From the human T2T-CHM13v2.0 reference genome, Homo sapiens: a stretch of 64,000 bases of DNA. Positions 12,741-28,350 of this stretch are shown piece by piece. A model generated the notes under the pieces. The model saw nothing but the letters and a program-made list of their open reading frames with translations, did not search any database and was not told the DNA's origin. The position numbers and the translations under genes were made by a program. How positions within the stretch are numbered: position 1 is the first letter of the stretch; the number at the start of each line of letters is the position of its first letter. The stretch is from NCBI RefSeq assembly GCF_009914755.1, contig NC_060938.1. The stretch is one strand, 5' to 3'.

Positions 12741-14631
12741 ATGGCCTGTGTTCTGCCTCTTGGCACCTGAGAAGCCCACAGTGCTGTAGAAGCCCCTATG
12801 CATGGACTGGAGCCCCAAAGGTGGCACACACCCCGCTCCTGAGCCTGCTGCTCCTTTCCTCTATGTGGCTCCATTTGCAGCACATTTGTTGCACTGAGTC
12901 CTATGCATCCCAGGCAAAGCCAAGCTGGCTCAAAGAGCAACCAGCCACCTCTGCAAGTGTGTGCCAGGAGCCAATAGACCAGCCACCAACGTCACTCCCT
13001 GCCAGCCAGGGTAAATCAGTTACTCTGCCCTGGAGGTAGAGCCCCAGTGCCATCTGTTTTTCCTCAGGCCTCCACTCCATCAGCTGTCAGGTGGTGGTCA
13101 TTCAGACTGTGGGAACCTGGCCATCCCTGTTTCCTTGAGTGGGTGAGGTTGGTGACTGCTCCACCTGCTCCTGGCACACCCTTGCAGAGGTAGCTGGTTG
13201 CTCTTTGAGCCAGCTTGTCCTTGCCTGGCATGCACAGGCCCCAGGTACTGAGAAGTTGCTCCGAGTAAGCTTGTCTTGGGCCAAATTCTAAGTCTGGCCA
13301 GGGCCACAGAAGGCCGAGTCCCCTCGGTGATAATCCTGGCTGCTGCAGGGAACCCATGGTGCCCTTCCCCTCCCAGGGCTCAGGATGAGGTCCAACTGGG
13401 ACAGGATGCTTTAGGTATGGGGCTTGTGCTCCAGGAGGGGGCCTCTGTCACACAGGTTGGGTGAGAAGATGTATGCCATGCTGCTGGCTGCTGGCTGACG
13501 GCTGCCAGGGCTTTTGGGATGTACGTTCACCCTTCCTTTCAGGGACCTCAAAGTGACCAGCTTCCCTTTTAAGAATGACTTCCCAAGGCCCAGGAGCCAT
13601 CTGGGGCTGCAGAGCTGCATGCTGCCCTGGCTTCTTCCATGTTGTGCTGGTCACTACCCACCAAGGGGGATCAGATGCAGGCACGATGCAGGACGGTTGT
13701 CTCTGGACCTGTGTCTTGGTTATCATGGAGCTGGACTGGGCCTGGTGACAGGGCCCTGATGGGGTTGTCCTGGGTGGTCAGGGGGGTGATGAGAAAAATG
13801 CAGAATGGAATTGCTGTGAGGATGAATGAGATGACTGTCAGCACAAAACAGGCACCCGGTGAGTGTTCAGGGATTACCCTCAGTAGCTGCCCAGAGGCCA
13901 AAACCACCCACCTGATAGTGACTGTCCCCAAGCCAGGAGGAAGAGAGGAGAGCAGGTCCCACTCACCTGAGTCTGATCAGTGAGCTGTGTTGAGATGTGT
14001 CTGTCATCTAGAAAATGGTCCTTCATGCAGAGCTACTCACAGACACTGCTGTGTGTCTCTAACTTCTCCACAACACAGAGGCGATGGGGACTCAGGAAGA
14101 GTGATATTGTGGGTTGACAACCCACCACAACGGGAGCCTGCTTGGGTCAACAGGGCTCAGAGTCAGTGTCCTCTATCCCTTGAACTGACATGTGTATATA
14201 CAATGTGTTTGTGTATGCATGTGTGCCTGTGTGTGTGTGCGCGTGTATGTGTGTGTTTGTCTTGCTTCTCTGGACAGGCCTAGCTTCTCCACTCATGGGT
14301 GCACCCAGGTCCTCATCACTGTCACCTTAGAGCTTTAGAGCCTCTATAGGTGCTCCCCAATCTCTGCCCTCCCCACCCATGGTGGTCCTGGGGATGCAGA
14401 CAGAGGAGAGGCACTGCATACTGCTGAGAGGGCTGGCACCCTCTCTAGGTGGAACACAGGTCATTTGTAAAGTTGTAGGTTTGTCAAGCAGTATTGGATT
14501 CAACACATCTTCTCACCTTCTCTTTCCAGCCACCCTCTAGGTTGCCCTGACTCACCTTCCCTGCAGATGGAGGCAAGGAGGTGACAGAGAAAAGCCCCCT
14601 GCCTAAGGTCACATAGTGGCCAGCAGGCCAC

Positions 14632-15238
14632 GTACTGACCAATCATCCCTGACCAGGTTCCCAGTGATGAGTGATGAGGCCCCTAATGACCACTCCTCCA
14701 TTGACCAGGTCCCACTGATCAAGTCCCCACTGACCATGTCTTCCTAACCAGGCCCACACTTAATAGGCCTCATGGACCAGACCCCACTGACCAATTTTCC
14801 ACTGACCTGGTCCCCACTGACAAGACCGGGTTCCCACTGACAAGACCACAATTTACCAGGTTGCTGCTGACCCAACCCCCCACTGAACAATTCTCCATGG
14901 ATGAGTCCCTAGCTGACCGAGCCCCCTCTGACCAGACCCTCATTGACCAGGCTCCAAGCCACTAATGCCCCATACTGATCAGGCCTCTGGTATACTGTAT
15001 ATGCCTCACCAACCAGTTTTTCATTGTTTATGTTCCAACTGATCAGGCCCCACTAATAAGGCCACCACTGACTAGGTCCCCCCACTGACCAGGCTTCCAA
15101 TGATTAGGTCACCAGGTCCCCACTGATGAGGCCTTTACTGAGGAGGCCGCCACTAACCAGGCCCTTGCTGATCAGGTCCCACATGACTAGGTCCTGATGA
15201 CCAGGTCATCTCTGACCATGGTCCACTGACCAGGCCCA
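14632..15238. repeat. Degenerate 14-15-bp minisatellite (consensus ~GACCAGGTCCCCACT)
   Basis: Direct reading: gaccaggtcccact|gatcaagtccccact|gaccatgtcttcct…|gaccagaccccact|gaccaattttccact|gacctggtccccact…, continuing for ~600 bp. Confidence 0.8.
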
Positions 15239-18192
15239 TGAGCAACGGGGCTCAAAGTCTCATTACAATGTCCCCCTCAGCTCACAGACCCTCCCTCCCT
15301 GCATGTGTACCCAGAGGTCAGGCCCTGGGGGTTTTTTTGAGACATGGCCTTTCCTCCAAGACACAGGGAGAGACAGTTGGCCTCAGGCTCCAGGTTCCCA
15401 GCTCCACACTCACCCCAAAGGCCCTCTGGGCCCGTCTCAAAGGAGAAAGTGAGGTGGCCTGACACTGCCTGGACACACCATCTACCCTATTCCTGAGTGT
15501 CAGAGTGTGAGGAAGGGAGGGACGTTTGGCAGATGAGACACACTGTGCTGTTGGGTCTCCCAGGGCCCTTCCCATATAGCCCCGATCTAAAGACACAACA
15601 CAGAGGCTACAGGAAGACTAATCCAGAACCTCCGAGGCTCAGCCAGGGACCACATGAGGACTCTCTCCAGACAGCCAGAAGGCCATTTGCTAGTTTCCTG
15701 GTACCTCAGTGGATGTGGCAGCCGTTCTTCTGTTGGGGACCAGTGAGTACACACTGGGGAGGGCTCACCTGTGCTTCCTCATTGGCTCCACCTCTGCTTC
15801 TAAAAAAAATTACTCATTCCAGATCTGGGGCAGAGAAAATACAAGATGAGCTTAGAACATCTTCTGCCAGGAATTAAAAAAGTGCTGACAGAGTAATGGA
15901 GACAAATCAAAGAGACATAAAGTCAGCTTGGAATGTCTACTACTGGCCTAATCTTGGGGAATTGAAGCATCAGAATCAAGAGCTTTCCTTCTCCCTTATT
16001 TATTAGTTTTATTTCTCCATGTAGAACAAAGAAGACAATAAGAAAATAATCATCTGGCAACCATCAAAGTAATAATTGTTCAAACACAAGTCATCCATGA
16101 AATGCTAAATCTAGTGGGTTCTGAGGAGTAACAAGATATTTACAGAGCCTCAAAGTATCTCCATACAAAATACGGTTGAACTACAAAAAGAAAATCATAA
16201 CATTAGCATGGACAAACCTGGCAGGTACTCCTTAACTCTCCTAAGTAATAAAAACTGTAAAATGCAAATAAGCCTTCGATGACCTTTACTAACCTTTACT
16301 AAAGTATCAATGATGACTTGGTTGTTTAAACAGCTGACATTTGGGCAATTTGAGTATGTCAAGCTCAATAATACTGGTTTTCATTTGCAAGATCCACTTA
16401 AGGAGGTTAAAAAACATCATTTAAAATACCCTATAAATTATCATCATATATATCATACAAAAATATCCTACTTCAGTAAATATTGTAATGTTATACATTT
16501 TATGAGAAACAACTAAAATGTGTAAATAGCCCAGTAATAAAGTTTTATAATCTTTTAAATCATACAATTTTTCTTTAAGACATTATGGTTAAATATTCTC
16601 TTCGTTAGATGTGGCTTACCCGTGGATTCTAGAGAAGAAAGTAGATGGGAGCAAGTGTCCAACACAGCAGCAGCTGGAAAGAAAAATAAAGAATTATGTT
16701 CTTTACCTAAAACACTTCAGTTGACTAAGTGTGCGTTTAAAAACTAAAGAGTTGATAACTTTATCAGAGTTAATAAGAATGAGAAATATGTATGTGCATT
16801 TACAATACAAAATTACTATTTAATAATTTACACATGGCATTAATTCTAATTGTGTTTAAATATCAGAGTTTTTCATTCTTCATTCATGTAATCAACAGCC
16901 ACATGCTAAGGTACTAGAACCAGCACTGGAATTACAAGATGAAGATGGCATGGTCCACCTCCCAACAGTCATATGCTATAACCTAAAAAAACAGACAGGC
17001 AGGCAATGTCCATATAGAGTCAAAGATACCATGACAGGTATACAGCAGGGCACTACTGGAACACATAGAAGGGACATCTACCCACTTTTATGTCAATACC
17101 ATGGGCTTTCTGGTGGAGGAGATAACATAGGTTGATACCTGAAGGACAAGAAAAAGCTTCCCAGATAGAGGAAAGAGGGGAAGGCAAAGAGCCAGAGGTG
17201 AGGAAGAGCCCTGCAGAGTTCCACTCCATCCAGTTTGGTGCTAGAGCAAAGGGCAGAGTGCAGTAAGTGGCGAGAGACAAGGCTGAGTAACTTGACGAGA
17301 ATTACTTTGATATGGGTGTTTTTATTTCATGGTGAAAAATTTGGAACTTTTCCTGAGAACAAGTGTAAGCCAATGACACAGTAATTGACAGGAGATTTAA
17401 AATGTCACCTGTCAAGTGACTGCTTATGAAGGGTTATTGCTCAGCTAAGTATTTCTGAATGAGTCTTAGGTCTGTTGGCCTTCAATCTCTACCGAAACTC
17501 TGAGAACTTGATGATGCTTTTGTTTTCTGAGAATCGTTTCAGTGTGCTGGCTGACAGTTCCATGAGGATGGCAAAACTTAAGAAAGTGTAGAGCCAGTGA
17601 AAAAGAGATGCACAGACTTCTTGGGAACTGTTTAAGCTTTGGAACATGATGAATTTATGGTGTATAAGTACAGTCTTCTCTGTGAAAGTTTCTGTTTTCA
17701 CATCTTTCATTAGACGTGTGTAAGAAAAAAAATATTGATGTAGTATCTACTAACCCAAGAATGAAAAGGAATGCCATTTGCTTTTTACACTTTATTTATA
17801 AAATAAACCTAAATTTAATTAATAAATTTTGGCAACGTACTTCTCTTTGTTTCTCTAATTATTTGTTCTACACAGTCCGGCTCCATCTAAAATAAGTAAA
17901 AATAATAATAATGTTTAAGTTAAACAAGAAACATTATCATAAAAATAAGACATCACTTACAAAATGTGGCCTTTAGTATTTTTAGTGACTAGACATAACT
18001 TGAAGTTTGCTTAAATAGAAAAATAATCACATAAATAAAGTAAAATTTCTACTTATTTTAAGATTAGATAACAGAGGATGTATATGTGTAATGTTGTTTA
18101 GAGTAATCTGACAAAAATGCAGTTAATATTGATCTATTGCATATACATGATTTTAGAAAGGTAGTGTTTTATTAGTACAAAGGTTAAACAAT

Positions 18193-18484
18193 GGCCAGGC
18201 ATGGTGGCTCATACCTGTAATCCCAGCACTTGGGGAGGCCAAAGCAGGCAGATCACAAGTCAGGAGATCGTGACCATCCTGGCCAACATGGGGAAACCCC
18301 GTCTCTACTAAAAATACAAAAATTAGCTGGGCGTGGTGATGCGCACCTGTAGTCCCAGCTACTTGGGATACTAAGGCAGGAGAATTGTTGAAGCCAGGAG
18401 ATGGAGGTTGCAGTGAGCCAAGACTGCACCACTGCACTCCAGCCTGGTGACAGAGTGAGACCCTGTCTCAAAAAAAAAAAAAAA
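18193..18484 (+). mobile_element. Alu (S-type), full length
   Basis: ggccaggcatggtggctcatacctgtaatcccagc…actgcactccagcctgg…poly(A). Confidence 0.95.
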
Positions 18485-18689
18485 TTAAGTAATTAAAGCC
18501 ATCTTTTGCAATGAATGGATTGCTTTGAAATTCTTAGAAAACTCTGCCCTTTATGAAAGTTTAACCCATTTTTTACTTCAATAAATTTTATCTTAAAAAG
18601 AAATTTCTGTTCTCTACTTATAGTAAACTTTTCTCTTTTTTTTCTAGTTTGTATTCTAAATTAACATGGTACCTCTGTAGGTTTCTTTC

Positions 18690-19790
18690 AAAGGCATATT
18701 TAGGGGTGCCAAGGTTTGCAGCACAATTGAACTCATCACACAAACAGTGAGCATAGGACCCAAGAAGTAGTTTTTCAACCCTGGCCCACTCTGTCCCTCC
18801 CCGTTCTTATTTTCCAGTGTCTATTATTCCCGTGTTTATGACAATGTGCACCCAATGTGTAGCTCCCACGTGAGTGAAAACATGAGATATTTGGTTTCTA
18901 TTTCTGTGTTGGTTTGCTTAGGAGAGTGGATTCCAGCTGTATCCTTGTTGCTGCAAACGATGTGATTTTGTTCTTTTTATGGCTGCATAGTATTCCATGG
19001 TATATATGGAATTTTCCAATCTACCTTGGATTTTCAACGTACCTTGGATGCACCTGGATTGACTCCACGTCTTTGTTATTGTGAATAGTGCTGCAGTGAA
19101 CATACATGTGTATGCATCTTTTTGTTACAATGATTTATTATCCTTCTGGTATACCTCTAGTGTAGTAATGGGGTTGCTGTATCCAACAGTCTTTCTTACT
19201 ACTTAATTTCCAAACTGCTCTCCAGAATAGCTGAATTAATTAACTTTGCCACAAACAGTGTGTGTTCACTTTTCTCCACAGCCTCCCCAACATCTTTTTT
19301 AATTTTTTTATTTATTATTTTTTTTAACAAAAGTCATTGTGACTGGTGTGAAATGGTATCTCACTGATGTTTTGTTTGTCATTTTTATGATAATTAGCAA
19401 CGGCAAGCATTTGTTAATGTTTGTTGGCCACTACAATTGTTATTTTGAGAACTATCTGTTCATGTCCTTTGCCCATTTTTCATGGTGTTATTTATTTTTT
19501 GCTTGTTGATTTGTTTAGGTCTCTTATGGATTCTGGATAATAGGATAATAGGCGTTTGCTATATCCATAGTTTGTGAATATTTTCTTCCATTCTTTAGTC
19601 TGTCTGTTTAATCCCGTGATAATTTCTCATGCTGTGCAGAAGCTATTTAGCTAAATTAGATCACACTTGTCAATTTTTGTTATTCTTGCAATTGCTTTTG
19701 AGGACTTAGCCATAAATTAATTGACAAATATGATGTCTAGAGGAGAATTTCCTAGGTTTTCTTCCAGGATTTTTACAGTCAGAAGATGTA
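18690..19790 (-). mobile_element. Old L1 3' fragment (antisense)
   Basis: L1 3'-UTR/ORF2-end motifs in reverse: 'ttctttttatggctgcatagtattccatggtatatat', 'gtgaatagtgctgcagtgaacatac', 'gctgtgcagaagctatttag'. Confidence 0.85.
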
Positions 19791-19814
19791 CTCTTATGTA
19801 AGAAAAGCACAAAC

Positions 19815-20120
19815 ATTTTTATTTTTTTATTTTTATTTTTTTTGAGATGGAGTCTCCATCACCCAGACTATAGTGCAGTGGTATGATCTTGGCTTACTGC
19901 AACCTCTGTCTCCTGGGTTGAAGTGATTCTCCTGCCTCAGCCTCCTGAGTATCTGAGATTACACATGCCTGCCAACACCCCTTGATAACTTTTGTATGTT
20001 TACTGGAGACAGGTTTCATCATGTTGGCCAGGCTGTTCTCAAACTCCTGACCTCAAGTGATTCACCTGCCTCGGCCTCCCCAAATTTTGGGATTACAAGT
20101 GTGAGCCACCGTGCCTGGCC
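19815..20120 (-). mobile_element. Alu
   Basis: Poly(T) then 'gagatggagtctc…ctcctgcctcagcctcc…gtgagccaccgtgcctggcc'; flanking 'aagcacaaa' duplication. Confidence 0.9.
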
Positions 20121-20299
20121 AAGCACAAAGCTTTTAACATAAAAATGGAACTGAATATTTTAGTGTCTTGTTTAATTAATAAAATGCAATTATTTTGGAT
20201 TCTACTAAATAATAAACATCCATATGTGGTAAAGTGTTTGGATGCCAATCATTCAGTTGTGATTATGGGTGGGAAGAATTGAGATGGTGCAAATAAACT

Positions 20300-20603
20300 T
20301 TTTTTTAAATTTTTTATTTTCAAGACGGAATCTTGCCCGGTCACCCAGGCTGGAGTGCAGTGGTGCAATCTCAGCTCCTGCAACCTCCATCTCCCAGGTT
20401 CAAGAAATTCTCTGCCTCAGCCTTCCTAGTAGCTGGGATTACAGGTGCCCACCACCACAGCAGACTAATTTTTTTTGTACTTTTAGTAGAGATGGAGTTT
20501 CACCATCTTGGCCAGGCTGATCTTGAATTCCTGACCTCGTGATACATCTGCCTCAGCCTCCCAAAGTGCTGGGATTACAGGCATGAGCCACAGCACCTGG
20601 CCA
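20300..20603 (-). mobile_element. Alu
   Basis: Reverse Alu with target-site duplication gtgcaaa(t/g)aaactt at ~20287 and ~20604. Confidence 0.92.
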
Positions 20604-20630
20604 GTGCAAAGAAACTTTAAAAGTGACATG

Positions 20631-20981
<351 letters not shown>

Positions 20982-21275
20982 TCAAAGTATATCATCAGTT
21001 ATCAGGCAATAACATGTAATTTCTAACACCTAACTTAAATGCAGATTTAAAAACATTTTAAATGTGTCAGTTTAGTCACATTTATTGAATAAAGTTAGCA
21101 AATGGATATCTCTTGAAAATGAGGGCTCCAGGGAATTAAAAAATGTAAAATTCCCATTTCCTTTCTGTGTTAACACAGCTAATTATGATCTTTACTTCAC
21201 ATGCAAAAGTCAACAGAACAACTCAGTATTTCACCAAATTATAAACAAGAATTACGCTAGAGAAATGAAACCCTA

Positions 21276-24056
<2,781 letters not shown>

Positions 24057-24404
24057 TTATCAGTAATGCATCAGATTCTTCAAATGTGAACCCTTAAATT
24101 ACTCAGAATTTTAAGAACAATGTTAAAGCTACCATGAGTCATAAAAATATATTCTTTACTATCATCTTCTTTGCCACAGAACTTTTGTACTTCATCTTAC
24201 TTTTATTTTTCTGATAATTTATTTTTGTTCCTCCTTAAATGGCACAAAGTTATCTCCTAGTAAAAAGTGTCTAATCCCCTTCCCTCATTATCATTCCCCA
24301 CAATATGTAAAAAAAAGTTTCAGAGATATCATATTGAGTTATTTAGGCCAAAGTCAATACATGGCTCTAGGAATAAGACTTTGAAATTAATATTACACTC
24401 TATA

Positions 24405-24562
24405 CTAGGCATGGTGGCTCATGACTGTAATCCCATCACTTTAAAAAGCTGTGGCAGAAAGATCACTTGAGGCCAGGAATTTGAGATCAGCCAGAGCAAC
24501 ATAGTGAGAACCCCATCTCTAGAAAAAAAAAAATTTTAAATTACCCGGGCATGGTGGCTCAG
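24405..24562 (+). mobile_element. Alu truncated in its right arm at the NUMT junction
   Basis: aggcatggtggctcatgactgtaatccc…A-rich linker…ttacccgggcatggtggctca, then mitochondrial sequence begins. Confidence 0.75.
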
Positions 24563-25077
24563 AAATATTCCTCTTCGCTGGATTCTTTTGAGCATTCTAC
24601 CATTCTAGCCTAGCCCCTACTCCAGAATTAGGAGGGCACTGACCCCCAACAGGTATTTCTCCCCTTGACCCCCTGGAAGTACCTCTCCTGAATCCATCTG
24701 TATTACTTGCATCAGGAGTTTCAATTACTTGAGCCCATCACAGCCTAACAAAAAATAATCAAAAACATACAATCCAAGCACTACTTGTTACAATTATATT
24801 AGATATTTACTTCACCCTCCTACAAGTCTCAGAATACTTCAAAGCTCTCTTTGCTATTTCTGATGGTATTTATGGCTCAACATTTTTTTATAGCTACAGG
24901 CTTTCACAGAATTCACATCATTATTGGATCAACATTCCTCAGTCTGCCTTCTCCGCCAATTAAAATACCACTTTACATCTAGTCATCACTTTGCCTTTGA
25001 AGCCGCTGCCTGATATCGACACTTTGTAGATATAGTATGACTATTCTTGTATGTTTCTATTTATTGATGAGGATCTT
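24563..25077 (+). pseudogene. MTCO3P: NUMT: mitochondrial COX3 3' part
   Basis: In the mitochondrial code it reads [57 protein letters not shown]…YWWGS, with indels further downstream. Confidence 0.93.
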
Positions 25078-25138
25078 ACTCTTTTAGTATAAATAGTACC
25101 ATGATTTCCAAAGTTTTGATAGCATCCGAAAAACAGTA
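25078..25138 (+). tRNA. NUMT copy of mitochondrial tRNA-Gly (degenerate, non-functional)
   Basis: actcttttagtataaatagtacc…ttccaa…agttttgatagcatccgaaaaacagta lies between COX3 and ND3, the mtDNA gene order. Confidence 0.8.
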
Positions 25139-25445
25139 ATTCACCTAACATTAACCCTAGTAATCAACACCCTATTAGCCCTTTTACTAATAATTATTAC
25201 ATTTTGGCTCCCACAACTTAATATATATATATGTAGAGAGAGAGAAAAATATATATATATGTATAAAATAAATATATATAGAAAAATCTAGCCCTTATGA
25301 ATGCAGATTTGACCCTCTATCCTCTGCCCACATTCCCTTCTCCATAAAATTCTTTCTAGTAGCCATCACATTTCCCCTATTTGAGTTAGAACTCGCCCTA
25401 CTACTACGCTTACTGTGAGCCCTTCAAACAATCTGATACTAATAA
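25139..25445 (+). pseudogene. MTND3P: NUMT: mitochondrial ND3 fragment interrupted by a (TA)n/(GA)n microsatellite
   Basis: …NTLLALLL.IITFWLPQLN[microsatellite ~25220-25280][29 protein letters not shown]…. Confidence 0.9.
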
Positions 25446-28350
25446 TCCCTGCGATATGTGTAGTGACTTCATACTTCACCCCCCCGGATATTATGGCCAA
25501 TATCAGAGTGGAGTGTGCACCCCCTGCAATATGGGGAGTGATATCATCCTCTCCCCACTGGATGTTATGGACAATATCACAGGAGGTTTACTTTCTCTGG
25601 GTTATGGGGAAAAATATCCTCCTGTCCCCGCCTGGATGTTAGACATATTTAGAGGGGGGTGTCCACCCCCTTGTGATATGGGGAGTAGTAATATCCTCTC
25701 CTGCCCTGGATGTTATGGACAATATATAGGGAGATGTACAATCCCTTCGATATGGGGAGTAATATCATCCTCTTCCCCCTAAACGTTACGAACAGTATCA
25801 CAGGGGGATGTACACGCCCTGCAATATCTGGAGTAGTATCATCCCCTTCTTCCCTAAATGTTACAGAGACTATCACAGGGGTGTGTACACCTTCTGAAAC
25901 ATGGGAATAATATTCTCTTCCCCTCTGGATGTTATTATGGACAACATTACAGCCGTGTGCACCCTCTATGATATGCAGAGTAATATCATCCTCTCCCCCC
26001 CGGATGTAAGTGACAATACCACAAACGGGTTTACATCCCCCGTGATATGGGGAGTAATATCATCCTCTTTCCCACTGGATATTAACAATATCACTTGGGG
26101 TGTACAACCCCTGTGATATTCGGGATAATACCTTTTAATCCACTGAAAATTATAAACAATATCACCAGTGTACACTCCCTGTGATATTGGAAGTAATATC
26201 ATCCTCTAATCCCCTAAAAATTATGAACAGTATAACAGGGGAGTGTATACTTCCTAATATATTTAGAGTAATATCATCCTGTCGTCTTCTAAATATTATG
26301 AACAATATTACAGGGGATGTAACACTCCCTGCGATATGTGGAGTAATATCATCCTCTCCTTCCCTAAATATTGTGAACAATATCACAGGAGGTTGTACAC
26401 AATCTGCGATATTGTTTGTAGTATCCAGTGGGAAAGAGGATGCTATTACTCCCCATATCACAGGGGGTGTACACCCCCACTGTGATATATTCAATAACAT
26501 CCAGAAGTAATATTACTGACAAAATTGCAGGGGGTGTAAACCCCACCTGTGATAACGTTCCTAATATCCCTGGGAAGAGAGGATGATATTATTCCCAATA
26601 TTGCAGGGAGTGTACACCCACCCTATGATATTGTTATTAATACCCAGGAGGGGAGACAATGGTATTACTCACAGTATCAAAGAGGTTGTACAGCCCCCCT
26701 GTGATAGTTTCTAATATCCAGGGGGTGTATACCACCCTTGTGATATTGTTTCTAATATGTAGGGGGAAGGACAATGATATTACTGTCCGTATCACAGGGG
26801 GTGTACAAGAAGCCCCCCGGGATATCATTCCTAATATCCATGGGAAGAAAGAATATTATAATATCACAGAAGTTGTACACCCCCTCTGTGATATTGTTCC
26901 TAATATCAAAGACAGAAGGGTATGATGTTCTTTCCAAAATCACAGGAAGTGTATACACACCCTGTGCTATTTTTCCTAATATCGAGAGTGAGAGACAATG
27001 ATACTTCCAATATCGTAAGGAGTGTACACTCTCCCCGTGATACCAGGTGGGGAAATGTTGATATTACTCCAAATGTCACAGTGGGTGTACACTCCGCCTG
27101 TGATATTGTTCCTAATATCTCGGGGAAGAGATTCCCCTAATATCTCGGGGAAGAGATACTCTCAATATCGCAATATCGCAGGATGTGTACACCCCCTTTG
27201 TGATATTGTTCCTAATATCCATAGGGGGAGAGGGTGATACCACTCCCAATAGTGCAGAAAAGGTACAGCCCCGCTGTGATATCATTCCTAATATCCAGAG
27301 GGGACAGGATGATATTACTCCCAATATCACAGAGGGCATACACCCCCTCCCCATGATATTGTTCATAATACCCAGGGGGTAGAGGATGATATTACTCCCA
27401 ATATCGCAGTGGGTGTACAACCACCCTGTGATATTGTTCCTAATATCCATGTGGAAAGGGTATAAAGTTACTCCCAATATCACAGGGGTTGTACAACCCC
27501 CTTGTGATATTGTTCCTTATATTCAGGGGAGAGACAATGATATAGCTGTCCATATTGCAGGTGGTGTACAACCCCCTGGGAATTTGTTCTTAATATTCAG
27601 TGGGGAAGATGATATTAATTAAAATGTCACGGGGGGTATACAACCCCTTTGTGATATTATTCCTAATATCCAGGGAAAGAAAGAATATTATTCCCAATAT
27701 CGCAGGGGATGTACACCCCTCTCTGATACTCTTTCTAATATCCCTGGGGGGAGTCTATAATATTACTGGCAATATCATAAGGAGTGTATACCCCCCGTTA
27801 TATTGTTCCTTATGTCCAGCAAGGGAGAAAATATTAATCCCAATATGGAACAGGGTGTAGACACCCATGAGTTATTGTTCCTAATATCCAGGGAGGGAAA
27901 GGATGATATTACTCCCAATGTTGCAGTGGTGTATAACCCCCCGTGATATTGTTCCTAATATCTAGGTGGGGAAAGTACAGTATTACTCCCAATATAGCAG
28001 GGGTTGTACACCACCTTTGTGATATTGTTCTACATATCCATGGGGAAAGAAAATGATAGTACTCCCCAATATCACAGGTGGTGTACAACCCCTTGTGATA
28101 CTGTTTCTAATATCCATGTTGGGGGAGGATATTACTCCCAATATTGCACGTGTTGCACAGACCCCCTTTGATATTGCTTGTACTATGCAGGGTGTGGGGG
28201 GAGAGGATGATATTGGGAGTAATATCACCCTCTCTCCCCGGATATTAAAAGCAACATTCAGGGTGGTCGACACTTCCTGCAATATTGAGTATAATATCCT
28301 CTCCCAACCTGGATATTAGGAACAATATCACAGGGGCATGTACACTCCCT
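25446..28350. repeat. SATR1/SATR2-type ~70-bp satellite with internal strand switches
   Basis: Unit ~cccctgcgatatggggagtaatatcatcctctccccc-ctggatattaggaacaatatcacaggggggtgtaca. Forward 25446-~26395, reverse ~26400-28205, forward again ~28210-28350. Confidence 0.85.

Noticed and set aside
13250-14600. Possible additional gene fragment between SNX18P and the minisatellite
   Set aside because: Splice-like motifs are present but no protein similarity could be recognised; left unassigned.
25415-28319. Many 60-120-aa ORFs and a CRISPR-like regular repeat
   Set aside because: Satellite monomers without unique spacers, in primate DNA; the ORFs are short and occur on both strands.
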